Below the pieces are notes generated by a model. The model worked only from the letters and a program-made list of their open reading frames with translations, had not been told where the DNA came from and made no database searches. This document shows positions 40,616 to 52,135 of a DNA stretch of 64,000 nucleotides, in pieces. Numbering within the stretch: position 1 is the stretch's first letter; each line of letters begins with the position of its first letter. The translations under genes and the position numbers were made by a program. This DNA is from Octopus vulgaris (lineage: Eukaryota): assembly GCA_951406725.2 (NCBI GenBank), contig OX597829.1, positions 56,296,001 to 56,360,000 of the forward strand, written 5' to 3'.

Positions 40616-41130
40616 GGGGTTAGTAGCCCATGCTCTTAACCACTACACCATATGCCCGTGGGCAATTATGGAGTGAATTTTAGGGCTTATAAATCTAATA
40701 TTCTCCTGTCCTTCCTTAATACCAGTTCCCATATGCTACTAATATCTGCACTTGGTCTGCTTAGGCGGTTGTGCTGTTTCTTTTAGTTTTCGTATTTTCC
40801 AGTGGTGTTCCCTGTCTATTATTTTAACTCCATCCCACAGGAGGAGGTGGTCTCCATTTTTCCATACATGATCAATTTATCAATATTTCCCCATATCACA
40901 GCTTTGCGATGTTCCTCTACCCATACTTTGAGGGGGTGGCATGTTTCACCTTTGTATAACCTACCACAGCTGCATGGGATGGAGTACACACAGTTCTTGG
41001 TCATATTCTCTTCTATTGGTGATTTTACTCAAAGGAGATATTCTCAAACGTTGTGTTAACAACAAACAAGATGAGGATAAATATCTGTCAATTGTAAATA
41101 ATGTAAATAATGTACATAATTCCTCATCTC
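40616..41130 (-). mobile_element. Penelope-like element 3' fragment: GIY-YIG endonuclease, tRNA-like A box, and an inverted terminal piece
   Basis: ORF 40819-41004 KNCVYSIPCSCGRLYKGETCHPLKVWVEEH is a PLE GIY-YIG motif. TGGTGTAGTGG on minus at 40640-40650. 41048-41111 is inverted relative to 44197-44260. Confidence 0.8.
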
Positions 41131-42185
41131 TGGGCAGTGAAACATGGCTGTGACTGCTGAGGATATGCAAAAGCTCACAAGGAATGAAACCAGTATGCTC
41201 CGATGGATGTGTAATGTCAGTGTGCATACTCGACAGAGCGTTAGTACCTTGAGAGAAAAGTTGGACATAAGAAGCATCAGATGTGGTGTGCAGGAGAGAC
41301 AACTGCGCTGGTATGGTCATATACTATGGATGGATGAGGAGAGATGTGTGAAGAAGTGCCACTCCCAAACAGTTGAAGGAATCCAGGGTAGAGGTAGACC
41401 CAGGGATGAAGTGGTGAAGCACAACCTTCGAACTTTGGGCCTCACCGAGAAAATGACTAATGACTGAGACTTTTGGAAATATGCTGTGCTTGAGAAGACC
41501 CGGCAAGCCAAATGAGCCCATAATCTCGTCGCCTATGCCAGGGGCGTTACCAGTCCACTTATGCGTACCTTTCCCTTTTTTGGACACTAAAACTCTGCTT
41601 ACGAAGACCTGTTGAGGCAAGTGAAAACAAATCAAAATCAAAATCGATGACTGGCATCCGTGCTAGCGGGGTGCAAAGAGCACCATATGAGTGTGATCAT
41701 TGACAGAGCAGCTAACCGGCTTCTGTGCCAGTGACACTTAAAAGGCACCATTCAAGCGAGATCATTACCAGTGTCGCCTTACTGGCACTCGAACCCATGC
41801 TAGAAAGGTATTAAGAGCACCATCCAAGCGTGATCATTGCCAGAGCAGCTATCTGGCCTCCATGCCAGTGGCATGTAAAAGACACCATTCGAGCAGGATC
41901 GTTACCAGCATCGCCCTACTGGCACCTGTGCTGGTGGCATGTGTAAAAGATTCGAGCGAGGTCATTGCCAGTACTGCCTGACAGGCACCCGTGCCGATGG
42001 CACGTAAAAAGCACCCACTACACTCTCGGAGTGGTTGGGGTTAGGAAGGGCATCCAGCTATAGAAACTCTGCCAGATCAAGATTGAAGCCTGGTGCAGCC
42101 ATCTGTTCACCAGCCCTCAGTCATTCGTCCAACCCATGCTAGCATGGAAAGCGGACATTAAACGATGATGATGATGATGATGATG
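41131..42185 (+). mobile_element. 5'-truncated RTE LINE with complete 3' UTR (internal ~50-bp subrepeats) and (GAT)n tail
   Basis: GSETWAVTAEDM...LRWYGHILWMDEERCVKK...GRGRPR, then repeated GCACCATTCGAGC..GATC..TGCCAG units, then the terminal palindrome and (GAT)n. Confidence 0.92.
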
Positions 42186-42186
42186 T

Positions 42187-44197
42187 ACTGAAAATATCTG
42201 CCGGTGTTGGCTATAGTCTAGTCACCTGTATAGTTAACCAGGTGATACATGAAGGGGTCATACCCAATGAATGGTGTAGCAGCACCATAGTCAACTGCTA
42301 CAAAGGTAAATGTACCACTCTAGATACAAATAATTACAGAGGTATCAAGCTATTGGATCAGTAAATGAAAGTCATGGAGAGGATCATAGCCCAACTAATT
42401 AGGGAGAGAGTCAGTTTAGATGAGATGCAGTTTGGGTTTGTGCCAGGGAAAAGCACCACTGATACTATATTTCTGGTAAGACAGCTTCAGGAGAAATACC
42501 TAGCCAAAGATAAACCTCTGTATCTGGCTTTCATTGACATGGAGAAAGCCTTTGACAGGGACCCCTTATCTGGTGGTCAATATGAAAACTAGGGATAGAT
42601 GAGTGGTTAGTGAGAGCTGATCCAGCCATGTACAGGGATGCTGTCAGTAAGGTGAGGGTTGGCAACGAGTACAATGAAGAATTCTGTGTAGGGGTAGGGG
42701 TCCACCAAGGTTCAGTCCTCAGACCCCTCCTATTTATCATAGTCCTCCAGGCAATAACAGAGAAATTCAAGACAGGATGCCCCTGGGAGCTCCTTTATGC
42801 TGACGACCTTGCTCTAATTTCTGAGTCACTATCAGAAGTAGAGGAAAAGTTTCAGGTGTGGAAGCAAAGATTAGAATCAAAGGGCCTGAGGGTCAACCTA
42901 GCTAAAAGCAAAGTCCTAATAAGTAGGAAGGCAGGCAAATCACAAATCCCATCAGGTAGATGGCCCTGCTCAATCTGTAGAAAAGGTGTAGGTAGAAATT
43001 CTATGAGATGCACCAGATGTAAGCATAAGAGGTGCAGCAATATCAAAGGGAGGCTAATGGGGAAGATAGTTGTTGTGTATGGCAGATGCTCAGGAGCAAT
43101 AAACACTGAAAATGTGCAGAAAGCAGCTTCCGTCACATGCCAGGGAAAAAAAACTAGAAATTGTTGATAGCTTCCGTTACCTAGGTGACCAAGTCAGTAG
43201 CAGAGGTGAATGCTCTGAGAGTGTAGCTGCTAGAATAAGAATAGCCTGGGCAAAGTTCAGAGTTCCTACCTCTGCTGGTGACAAAGGGCCTCTTGCTCAG
43301 AGTAAAATATAGACTGTATGATACATGTGTGCGAACAGCCATGCTACACAGCAGTGAAAAATGGGCCATGACTGCTGAGGACATGTGTAAGCTTGCAAGG
43401 AATGAAGCCAGTATGATCCACTGGATGTGTAATGTCAGTGTGCATACACAACAGAATGTAAGTGTCCTGAGAGAAAAGTTGGACATAAGAAGCATCAGAA
43501 GTTGTGGGCAAGAGAGACGACTGCACTGGTATTGTCATGTTACATATGGATGAGGACAGCTGTGTGAAAAAGTGTCACACCCTAGCAGTAGAGGAAACCT
43601 GTGGAAGAGGTAGATCCAGGAAGATCTGGGATGAGGTGGTGAAGCATGAAAATTGGGCCTTACTGAGGCAATGACTAGTGACCGAGACCTTTAGAGATAT
43701 GATGGGCCTCATGGAGGTGATGACATGTGATCAAGACCTCTGGACAAATGCTGTGCTTGAGAAGACCCTGCAAGCCAAGTAAGACCGGACCTATGCCAAT
43801 GTCGCATAACTGGCCCATTTAAGAGTACCCTTCAATCATTGGGCAATAAACTGCGCTTGTGAAGACCTGTTGAGTCAAGTGAACTCATCGTTGCAGCCAA
43901 TGACAGTACTGCGTGATTGGCACCCATGCCAGTGACATGTAAACAGCACCATTCGAGCGTGGTCACTGCCAGTGCTGCCTGACTGGTTCCATGCCGGTGG
44001 CATGCAAAAAGCACCATTCGAGCTTGGTCAATGCCAGTGCCAACTGACTGGATCCCATGCTGGAGCACCATTCAAGTATAGTTGATGCCAGTACCGCCTG
44101 ACTGGCCCTCGTGCTGGTGGCACATAAAAACACCCACTACACTCTTCGAGTGGTTGGCGTTAGGAAGGGCATCCAGCTGTTGAAACACTGCCAGATC
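42187..44197 (+). mobile_element. 5'-truncated RTE LINE (RT, PHD, 3' UTR), directly in tandem with the previous copy
   Basis: ORFs 42365-42592 and 42610-43167: VGVHQGSVLRPLLF, ELLYADDLAL, WPCSICRKGVGRNSMRCTRC. Confidence 0.93.
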
Positions 44198-44313
44198 ATT
44201 ATTTACATTATTTACATTTGACGGATATTTGTCCTCATCCTGTTTGTTGTTAACACAACATTTCGGCTGATATACCCCCCCAGCCTTCATCTCATTCCTG
44301 AGGTATTTTTTGA

Positions 44314-44347
<34 letters not shown>

Positions 44348-44387
44348 ATCACTGCCTGGAATTGAACTCGGAATCTCGGGGTTAGTA
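44197..44387 (-). mobile_element. Penelope-like terminal fragment: tRNA-like B box, (AAT)n, decayed hammerhead
   Basis: Minus strand reads GAGTTCAATTCC (44358-44369), then (AAT)n, then GATGA-A-GGCTG..CAGCC-GAAA (44261-44291). The tail is homologous to 41048-41111. Confidence 0.65.
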
Positions 44388-46130
44388 AACCCTATTTTTA
44401 CTGCTATGGGACTGCTACCTCGGTTCACACCTAAACTACGCAACTCATTGAATATTTTTGCACCAGTTACATGTTGCAGCTCTCAAGTACTGAATCTAAA
44501 CACCTCAGATGATATGGAGAAATTAACTTATGTCTCCCATTAAACAATAAAAATCCATATTTATAAGAAAAAAAAGTATCACTTTTCATGACTAAGGACG
44601 ATGTCCTTGCTAGACATCAACATATTTTGCTAAATCTGTAACTTACAGTTTGTAATAAAAAGTGTCCCAATGTCTGACATAAAATTCAAGGGAGATTACT
44701 AGCATTTTACTGAAGAATCCTGACCGAAGCAGAAAAATGAGTCGTTGTGCTATCGTTGGGTATGATGGAAAGAAAGCATCCGTTAGAATTTGGGATTATA
44801 ACTGGTTAACATTCAGTAAGCTTTGTCCCTAATAAGAGTAAGTGATCAAACACGGGGGAGGGGGGGAGTAGCTAGATACTAAATGAAACAGTTTAATCCT
44901 GAATTTCCCAATGCTCTTACTGGCCAGAATATCTTGGACCCTCATATTGGGCCGCTATCAAATATAATAAATCTCGAAACAAATTATGCCTCCTCACTAA
45001 AAGCACATTCATCATTCATTACTGGGGTATAAAGAAAAGTTCCTGTTTCTTCGGTATGTAGAAGTCTTAACAACATCCAGATTTTGTAAACTTACATTTT
45101 AAAAACCTCTTACAAGAGAAAAATTATTAAGGCTACTCGATCCATGGGGAAATAATTAACAAAGTTCATTAATCTATTAGTTAAAAATAAACAAAAAAGT
45201 TAAATATCAAAACTGGTATCAAACTCTTACTAATTGAAGAATATAGAATATCTCTTTTAAGAGATTAATTCTTGAGACCGCTAATTTTCAACATGACCAG
45301 TTATTAGCTATTTGCTTACCATAGAGAAATTTGTGTGCAAAGAAATTAATTAACATCCTCTTTATCTAAATTTAATGGTTCAGGGAGTCTTCCTTCAAAC
45401 AGAAATTCCCAGTTCAAACAAAAAAGATTTCGTAAATTTCTTCCATAGCAATGCCATTACTATACATAACTTACGTGTGTAAGGAACCCCCTAATTTTGG
45501 GTTCTTAAAATTTGTAAGGGATTATAATACTATCCATGTACAAGAAACTCCCATATTTTCTTAATCTGATTCTTGACAAAAAAGGGTTCCTTTTACACGT
45601 TAAAATACGGTAATTATGCTATTGTTGCTTAAATCGAAGCCATTCCTGTTCGTACAGACCTATGAACAAAGGGATTCCAGCAGTGACCATCCAGTATATT
45701 TTTAAACTAAATAGAAGGGCATTATTGAATGTAACCTGCCTATTTTTAAAGACGGGGACGTAAATTGGCTACTGTTTCAAGCACGTAGAGCTACCACGTG
45801 CAAGCTTCTTGCTTGCGACGAGTTAATTAAAGGTAGGTAACTCTGTCTGAAGCTTATAAAATCTTTGTGCAATTTTATCTCTGTATAATGTAATTGGCCT
45901 TTGAGGAAAATAAATATAATTTAGTATATTTTTAAGAGATTAATTCTTGAGACCGCTAATTTTCAACATGACTAGTATCATTTGGCTTTTAAACTTATTT
46001 CCCATAAACTTTTGGTAATATTTTTGAATATGAAGACAGCTTAGACTTCTTTTAGTAAGGTGCAAGATCTCTTATAAGAAAAATTGTAAACATTTTAAAT
46101 ATCTTTATTCTTGAGATTGTTGATTTTCAT

Positions 46131-47318
46131 GGTGTAGTAGCACCATAGTCAACTGCTACAAAGATAAAGGTGATGCCTTGGATAGAAATAATTACAGAGA
46201 TATCAAATCGATGAAAGTTACAGAGAAAGTCATAGCCCAGCTAATTATGGAGGGAATTAGTCTAGATGAGATGCAGTTCAGTTTTGAACCAGGGAGAAGC
46301 ATCGCTGATGCTATATCTCTGGTAAGACAGCTGCAGGAGAAATAAATAGCCAAAGATAAACCTATGTACCTGGCTTTTGTTGTCTTGGTGGAAAATGCGG
46401 AAACTAGGGATAGGCACGTGGCTGGTGAGAGTTGTATAACCCACGTACAGAGACGCTACCAGTAAAGTAAAGGATTGGTAACGAGTACAGCGAAGAATTC
46501 AGGGTACAAGTAGGGGTTCACCCCCTTGTTCATCATAGTCCTTTAGGTAATAACAGGAATTTAAGACAGGCTGCCCCTGGGGGCTTCTCTACACTGATGA
46601 CCTTGTTCTTATATCTAAATCACTACAAGAACTAGAGAAACTCCAGACATGGAAGCAAGGTCTAGAATCGAAGAGCCTTAGAGTAAACCTAGCAAAAACC
46701 AAAGTCTTAGTAAGTAGGAAGGCAGACAAATCACATATCCCTTCAGGTATATTAGCCCTACTCAATCTGTAGAAAAGGTGCTCTGTAAGATGCACCCAGA
46801 ATAAGATTTGGACACATAAAAGGTGCAGCAATATCAGAGGAAGGTTAACAGGGAAAATAGTTTTTGTATATGGAAGATGCACAGGCACAATAAATGCTGA
46901 AAATTTGCAGAAAATAGACTCCTTCAAGTGTTGGGAGAGCAGGTGCGAGTAGATAGTTTGCATTATCTAGGTGACCAGGTTAGTAGTGGAGGTGGATGTT
47001 CCAAGAGCATAACTGAGAATAAGATTAGTTTGAGCAAAGTTCAGAGAGCTCCTACCTCTCCTAGCAACAAAGGGCCTCTAGCTCAGAGTGAAAGGTAGAC
47101 TGTATGATGCCTTTGTGCAAACAGCTATGCTGCATGGAAGTGAAACATGGGCTGTGACAGCCAAGGACATGTGTAGGCTTGAAAGAAATAAAGTCAGTAT
47201 GCTTTGCTGGATGTGTAATGTCAGTGTGCATGTTCGACAGAGTGTAAGCATCTTGAGAGAAAAGTCAGGTATAAGAAGTACCAGATGTGGTGTGCAACAG
47301 AGACGAATGTACTGGTAT
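46131..47318 (+). mobile_element. Degenerate RTE LINE RT fragment
   Basis: Homologous to 38860-40120. ORF 47088-47387 KGRLYDAFVQTAMLHGSETWAVT. Confidence 0.9.
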
Positions 47319-47734
47319 GGATTTGGGAGATGGAAACTGGGAGAAGCCTATTTTGTGTGTGTGTGTGATACAGACGTTAAACAATGATGATGATGCACAC
47401 ATACACACATAGATGTATATGTATATATGTATGTATACATGTATGTATATATGCATGTATGTTGGTATGTGGGTGTGAGTGTATGTGTTTGTCTGCTTGT
47501 CTTGACATCATGTGATAGTTGTAAATGAGTGTCACTGTCATACAAGCAGTGTCATTCATTTCAAATATTCTGTGAGACTACGTCTAGCCATTGGGGAAAT
47601 ATTACCTTGCTTGGAAACAGGTGAAGGTTGGTGACAGGAAGGGCACCCAGCTGCAGAAAATCTGCCTCAATAAAATTTCATCTGACCCTTGTGAGCATGA
47701 AAGTGTCAAAATGATGTTGACAATGATGATGATG

Positions 47735-47765
<31 letters not shown>

Positions 47766-47789
47766 TTCAGACAAAGAAAACAAACTTAC

Positions 47790-48112
47790 CTCCACATTTC
47801 CGAGTATAGATACACATATGATATACATTTTGGTCCTTTCGGTGGTTCAAACTGATCCAATTTTGCAATGCTAGATGCAATACCCCATATAATTAGATAT
47901 TTCACCATAAAAAACTGCCCTTGGCAATATCCAATTCCAACAAGTGTCCACTGAGAAAGCGATTCCACGATGGCCAAATTATATGACAAGGAATTGTAGT
48001 AGAAATAGTGGAGAATAATATGGAAGCAAAGTGCCCAACCGCCAATTCTTAAGAAATCAGTAACATGATTTTTTAGCCTTTGCTTAGACCAGATTTGCTG
48101 AGGTTTGGAAAT
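47790..48112 (-). CDS. HHAT: Internal coding exon of a Hedgehog acyltransferase-like MBOAT protein (HHAT/rasp family)
   Basis: Polypyrimidine TGTTTTTATTTTTTTGTAG acceptor and AG|GTAAGT donor. The 323-bp open exon (phase 0 start, phase 2 end) encodes ISKPQQIWSKQRLKNHVTDFLRIGGWALCFHIILHYFYYNSLSYNLAIVESLSQWTLVGIGYCQGQFFMVKYLIIWGIASSIAKLDQFEPPKGPKCISYVYLYSEMWR. It aligns to the HHAT segment W(T/A)LGG...QxxFFxVKY..G...RLD...PP..P.C.S....MWR. Confidence 0.88.
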
Positions 48113-48157
48113 CTACAAAAAATAAAAACAAAGTACAGAAAAATAAATTTTTGATAT

Positions 48158-48195
<38 letters not shown>

Positions 48196-48198
<3 letters not shown>

Positions 48199-48760
48199 AA
48201 ATAAGAAAATGGAGAAATATATCTAAATCATTCATCAACTATCAGATAATACCGAATCATATACTTTATTAAAACACTACACAAGAGCATTAAGATTAGA
48301 CATTAATACAGTACAATAATTACAATCAATATAATGAGATATAACTAAATAAATATAACAAGATATAAAAATACATATACATTATAACTGACAGCTGTTT
48401 CGGCCATGCAGATAAGTATGTCTCATTTAACCTATATTAGCCATATATTGCAGGTATAAATGATATATATATATATATATATTAATAATATATTATTATT
48501 GATATAAGGAAATCAATATCAAAACTCCTCAGAAAGATATACACGTGTGAAAATAGTTGTTGTATTAAAAATATATAAATAAATAAATATAAATATGTAT
48601 AAAAATATATGTAAATATGCATAAGTATAAATATATATATATAAGTATATGACAGTTTAAAAGATTTTAATTAATTATTTAAAGCATCTTACGATCGTTT
48701 CACAGAAGAAATATATATAAAAATATATGTAAATGATTGCATTTTAAACAATAAAGTTTA
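48196..48760 (-). mobile_element. AT-rich Penelope-like terminal fragments with hammerhead 3' halves
   Basis: 48196-48280 is homologous to the arms of the 62303-62686 palindrome. Minus strand has GGCCGAAACAGCTGTC (about 48390-48405) and GAAACGATCGTA (about 48690-48701), both with palindromic stem III loops. Confidence 0.5.
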
Positions 48761-50129
48761 TCACTTTAACCACCACAGCTGTCACTGAAACTTATCAGTG
48801 ACGCCACATGTTTCATGTAGTCACATTGCATACTGTTTAATTACAAGGAAATATAACTTCTTTGCATTTTTACAATATTTCATAATTAAATTTTGATATT
48901 TAGCATTCATGTTATTTAAATATCCTCAAAACCATGTCAGAAATACAGAATAAGATATTTCCTCAAATTATGAGAATGTACCACATGTGGTGCATGTGGC
49001 AGTTGTATAAAGTTTGGTACATGTGGCAGTTAGCATGTTAATTAATTTTTACATCAAAGATCGTCCTACTATTCCTGGAAAGGGGTATTATGATCAAGAG
49101 AAAACTCATAATGAGTGAAACTGCTCGTAGAGGTAAATGCTACGTTTATTTGGTAAGAAGCAATGAATGTCATTCACATGGAACCTGCTACATGAGTAAT
49201 TTCTATTAATACACTACCAGAAGATAACTACTTGGGATAGTTTTAAAGCACTCTTAGATAATGTGTGTAGATTTAGATTTGGGAGATATCAAAATACTTA
49301 GCAAGATTTAATGAAATGGGTTGATTGTTGCAAGAAAATCTCAAAGAAATTTGATTAAAACCAAATCTGTAGTCATAGAATTTGTTTTAAAATTATATTT
49401 ACTTTCATTTAATACAGAATAATGAATGCACCCCCATTCTCCTCTGATTGAGCTGAAAAAATAACAGTCAACTTCCAAACTGTCTAAGGTATATGCAGGC
49501 AATGACAGAGAGGATGGTAAAAAGCATTTTTTATTTTTTATGAAAATTTGCGTAATTATCATAATTTGATATCTGAGTGAACAAGGGATAAAAACACACA
49601 AACACACACATCTCGATTCGGGTACATGATGCTGATAAGCTACAAAAATGGTAAAATATCAGTATCAATCAGTCCTGAATTCGATTGGGGGTGGGTTGTC
49701 TCCCTTGTCTATGACTTTCAGGTGTTTTAACATGCAGCATTAAAAGGGATTCACCCCACAAGCACTAAGCATATTGCCGAACAAACAAAACACCCAACAC
49801 TGAGTGTGTCCAGTTGATAATGCTTACAACGCCAGAGCCACTTTTAATTTGTAATTCAATTTAATCGTTATTGAATGTGTGTGTGTGTGTGTGTGTGCAT
49901 GTAATGTATGTCATTATTCAGTTTTATTTCAAGATTTCTTACCAATAGAGAAAGAACCAGTTTCTAACCTAGATCCAAGGCCCCTTTATTGGAATTTCAA
50001 CATCAACAACAAGGTATTATTGTTTGTTTGTATGTATGTATGTATGTGCAGATTTGCATGTTTTATGTATGTATTCTCATGCATATAGTTGCATATCTAG
50101 ATATATTTAAATGATATATATTTATATAT

Positions 50130-50182
<53 letters not shown>

Positions 50183-50185
<3 letters not shown>

Positions 50186-50463
50186 TCATCATCATCATCG
50201 TTTAACGTCCGTTCTCCATGCTAGCATGGGTTGGACGGTTCGACCGGGGATCTGGAAAGCCAGAAGGCTGCACCAGGCTCCAGTCTTATCTGGCAATGTT
50301 TCTACAGCTGGATGCCCTTCCTAATGCCAACCACTCCGTGAGTGTAGTGGATGCTTTTTATGTGCCACCTGCACAGGTGCCAGGCGAGGCTGGCAACGGC
50401 CACGGTCGGATTGGTGCATTTTACGTGCCACCGGCACGGAAGCCAGTCGAGGCGGCACTGGCA
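50183..50463 (-). mobile_element. Young 5'-truncated RTE 3' end inserted in (TA)n
   Basis: Nearly identical to 3703-4000. Confidence 0.9.
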
Positions 50464-50494
50464 TAATATATATATATATATATATTTTATATAT

Positions 50495-51500
50495 ATTTAA
50501 ATGATAAACTTCTGGAGAGCTTTACAGATTTTTACAATTCCAGTGATAGATTGGATCTGTAAGTCTTCGGATTAGCTTTCTCCTTCTTGGTTTTGAGAAG
50601 CCTAATTTCTCAAGATTCTTCTTGTCTTGAGACAGCATTTACCCGGGGTGGGCTGAGCTGGCTTCATTCATCCTCAATGCTGCATCTCTCACAAACGCTG
50701 ACCAGACCTTGCGATTTGAGATTAATGACCGCGTGATCTCCAACCACTCCTTATTTCAGCAGCAAACGCCAAAGATATGGGGGCCTAGGTTGGGTTCCAG
50801 ATCAGCCTTGACTATCATCAGCCAGGTTTTGCATTGTCCACCACATCGCTTTTGCCAACCCTGAAGGGGGAACTGGGACAATTCCTCATGTACAAATTTC
50901 TCAAGATTGGTATTTAGGCAATGTGTTACATATCTCAGTGCCCCAATAATTACAGGTATAAACCTGAACTCATAATTTGGATAGAGTGACTCCAGATTTC
51001 TCAATAGTTCAGTATAGGTGTTCTCTTTTTCACTGATCTTCAGCTTTATGTTAACATCCGTTGGGCAGATAATTTCAACAGCAGTACAGTTTCTCTTCTC
51101 TATCCCAGATCATTATATCAGGTCTGTTGTGTTTACATTTTATTGAGGTCTTCACTGGTACATTCTACAAGTATTCCTTTCTGTTATGAGTGGCTATGGC
51201 TTCTACCATACTGTGGGTTTTTATTTCTTTCTCCTCGGGATTATCCTTCTGATGGATTTCATTATAGAGTGTCCTAGCTACAACATCATGTCTCATCGGT
51301 AGATAATACTGTGATGACATTTTTGAACAACTGTTCATGATGTGGTTGATATCTTCAGTGTTAACTCCACAAAGTTTGCATCAGTTGTCATCGACCCCTA
51401 GATACGTGTAACATTCTTCATCAGATACGGGGGAAATAGTCAAGTCATTGATGGAGATGAAACTCGTCTGGTTTACAGTTTTCCCTCTTTTCACAACCAT
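50495..51500 (-). mobile_element. Dong/R4-clade non-LTR retrotransposon fragment (RT end, CCHC knuckle, restriction-like endonuclease)
   Basis: EECYTYLGVDDN; CKLCGVNTEDINHIMNSCSKMSSQYYLPMRHDVVA; KHNRPDIMIWD...VEIICP..; LYPNYEFRFIPVIIGAL. The frame resumes across the 50618-50894 insertion as NLEKLGFSKP. Confidence 0.88.
50618..50894 (-). mobile_element. 5'-truncated LINE 3' end (RTE-like, third family) with 14-bp TSD
   Basis: AATTTCTCAAGATT at 50604-50617 and 50895-50908. Encodes WQKRCGGQCKTWLMIVKADLEP. Short CAAGA/AAG-type tail. Confidence 0.8.
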
Positions 51501-52135
51501 ATAACAACATTGTGTGTATATATGTATGTGTGTATGTATGTATGTATGTATGTACATATGTATGTATGTATGTGTGTATGTATGTATGTATGTATGTACA
51601 TATGTATGTATGTATGTGTGTATGTATGTGTGTGTATGTATATATGTGTGTATGTATGTATGTATGTATGTATGTATGTATGTATGTATGTATGCATGCA
51701 TGCATGCATGCATGCATGTATGTATGTATATATGTATGTCTGCATGTATGTATGTAATAAAATGTGTAAAAGCTTGGCCGGGCTTAAAAGGGCATCACAT
51801 AAGGGCATCACATGGCAACAATGAAGAATCATTTCAGTAAGTCTTGGAAATGGCTTTTCTTGGAAATGGCTTTTCTCGTATAACAAGGATGCAGCTATGT
51901 GATATGCTTCTATGTGTGTGTGTGTGTACGTGTGTGTGTGTGTATGTGTGTATGTGTGTGTGTATGTGTGTATGTGTGTGTATGTGTGTATGTATGTATA
52001 TATGTATGTATATATGTATGTATGTGTGTGTATGTATGTATGTAGTTATATAGGTATGAATGTATGCATGCATGCATGTGTGCATGTACATGTGTATGTA
52101 TGTATATGTGTGTGTGCATGTGTGTATATATGTAT

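Noticed and set aside
41650-42010. Regularly spaced ~50-bp repeats superficially like a CRISPR array
   Set aside because: The units are degenerate along their whole length with no unique spacers, lie in the RTE 3' UTR, and the DNA is eukaryotic with no cas genes.
48767-49041. TTAA-bounded segment with weak terminal inverted similarity (piggyBac-like MITE)
   Set aside because: The terminal match is too poor to call without a family alignment.
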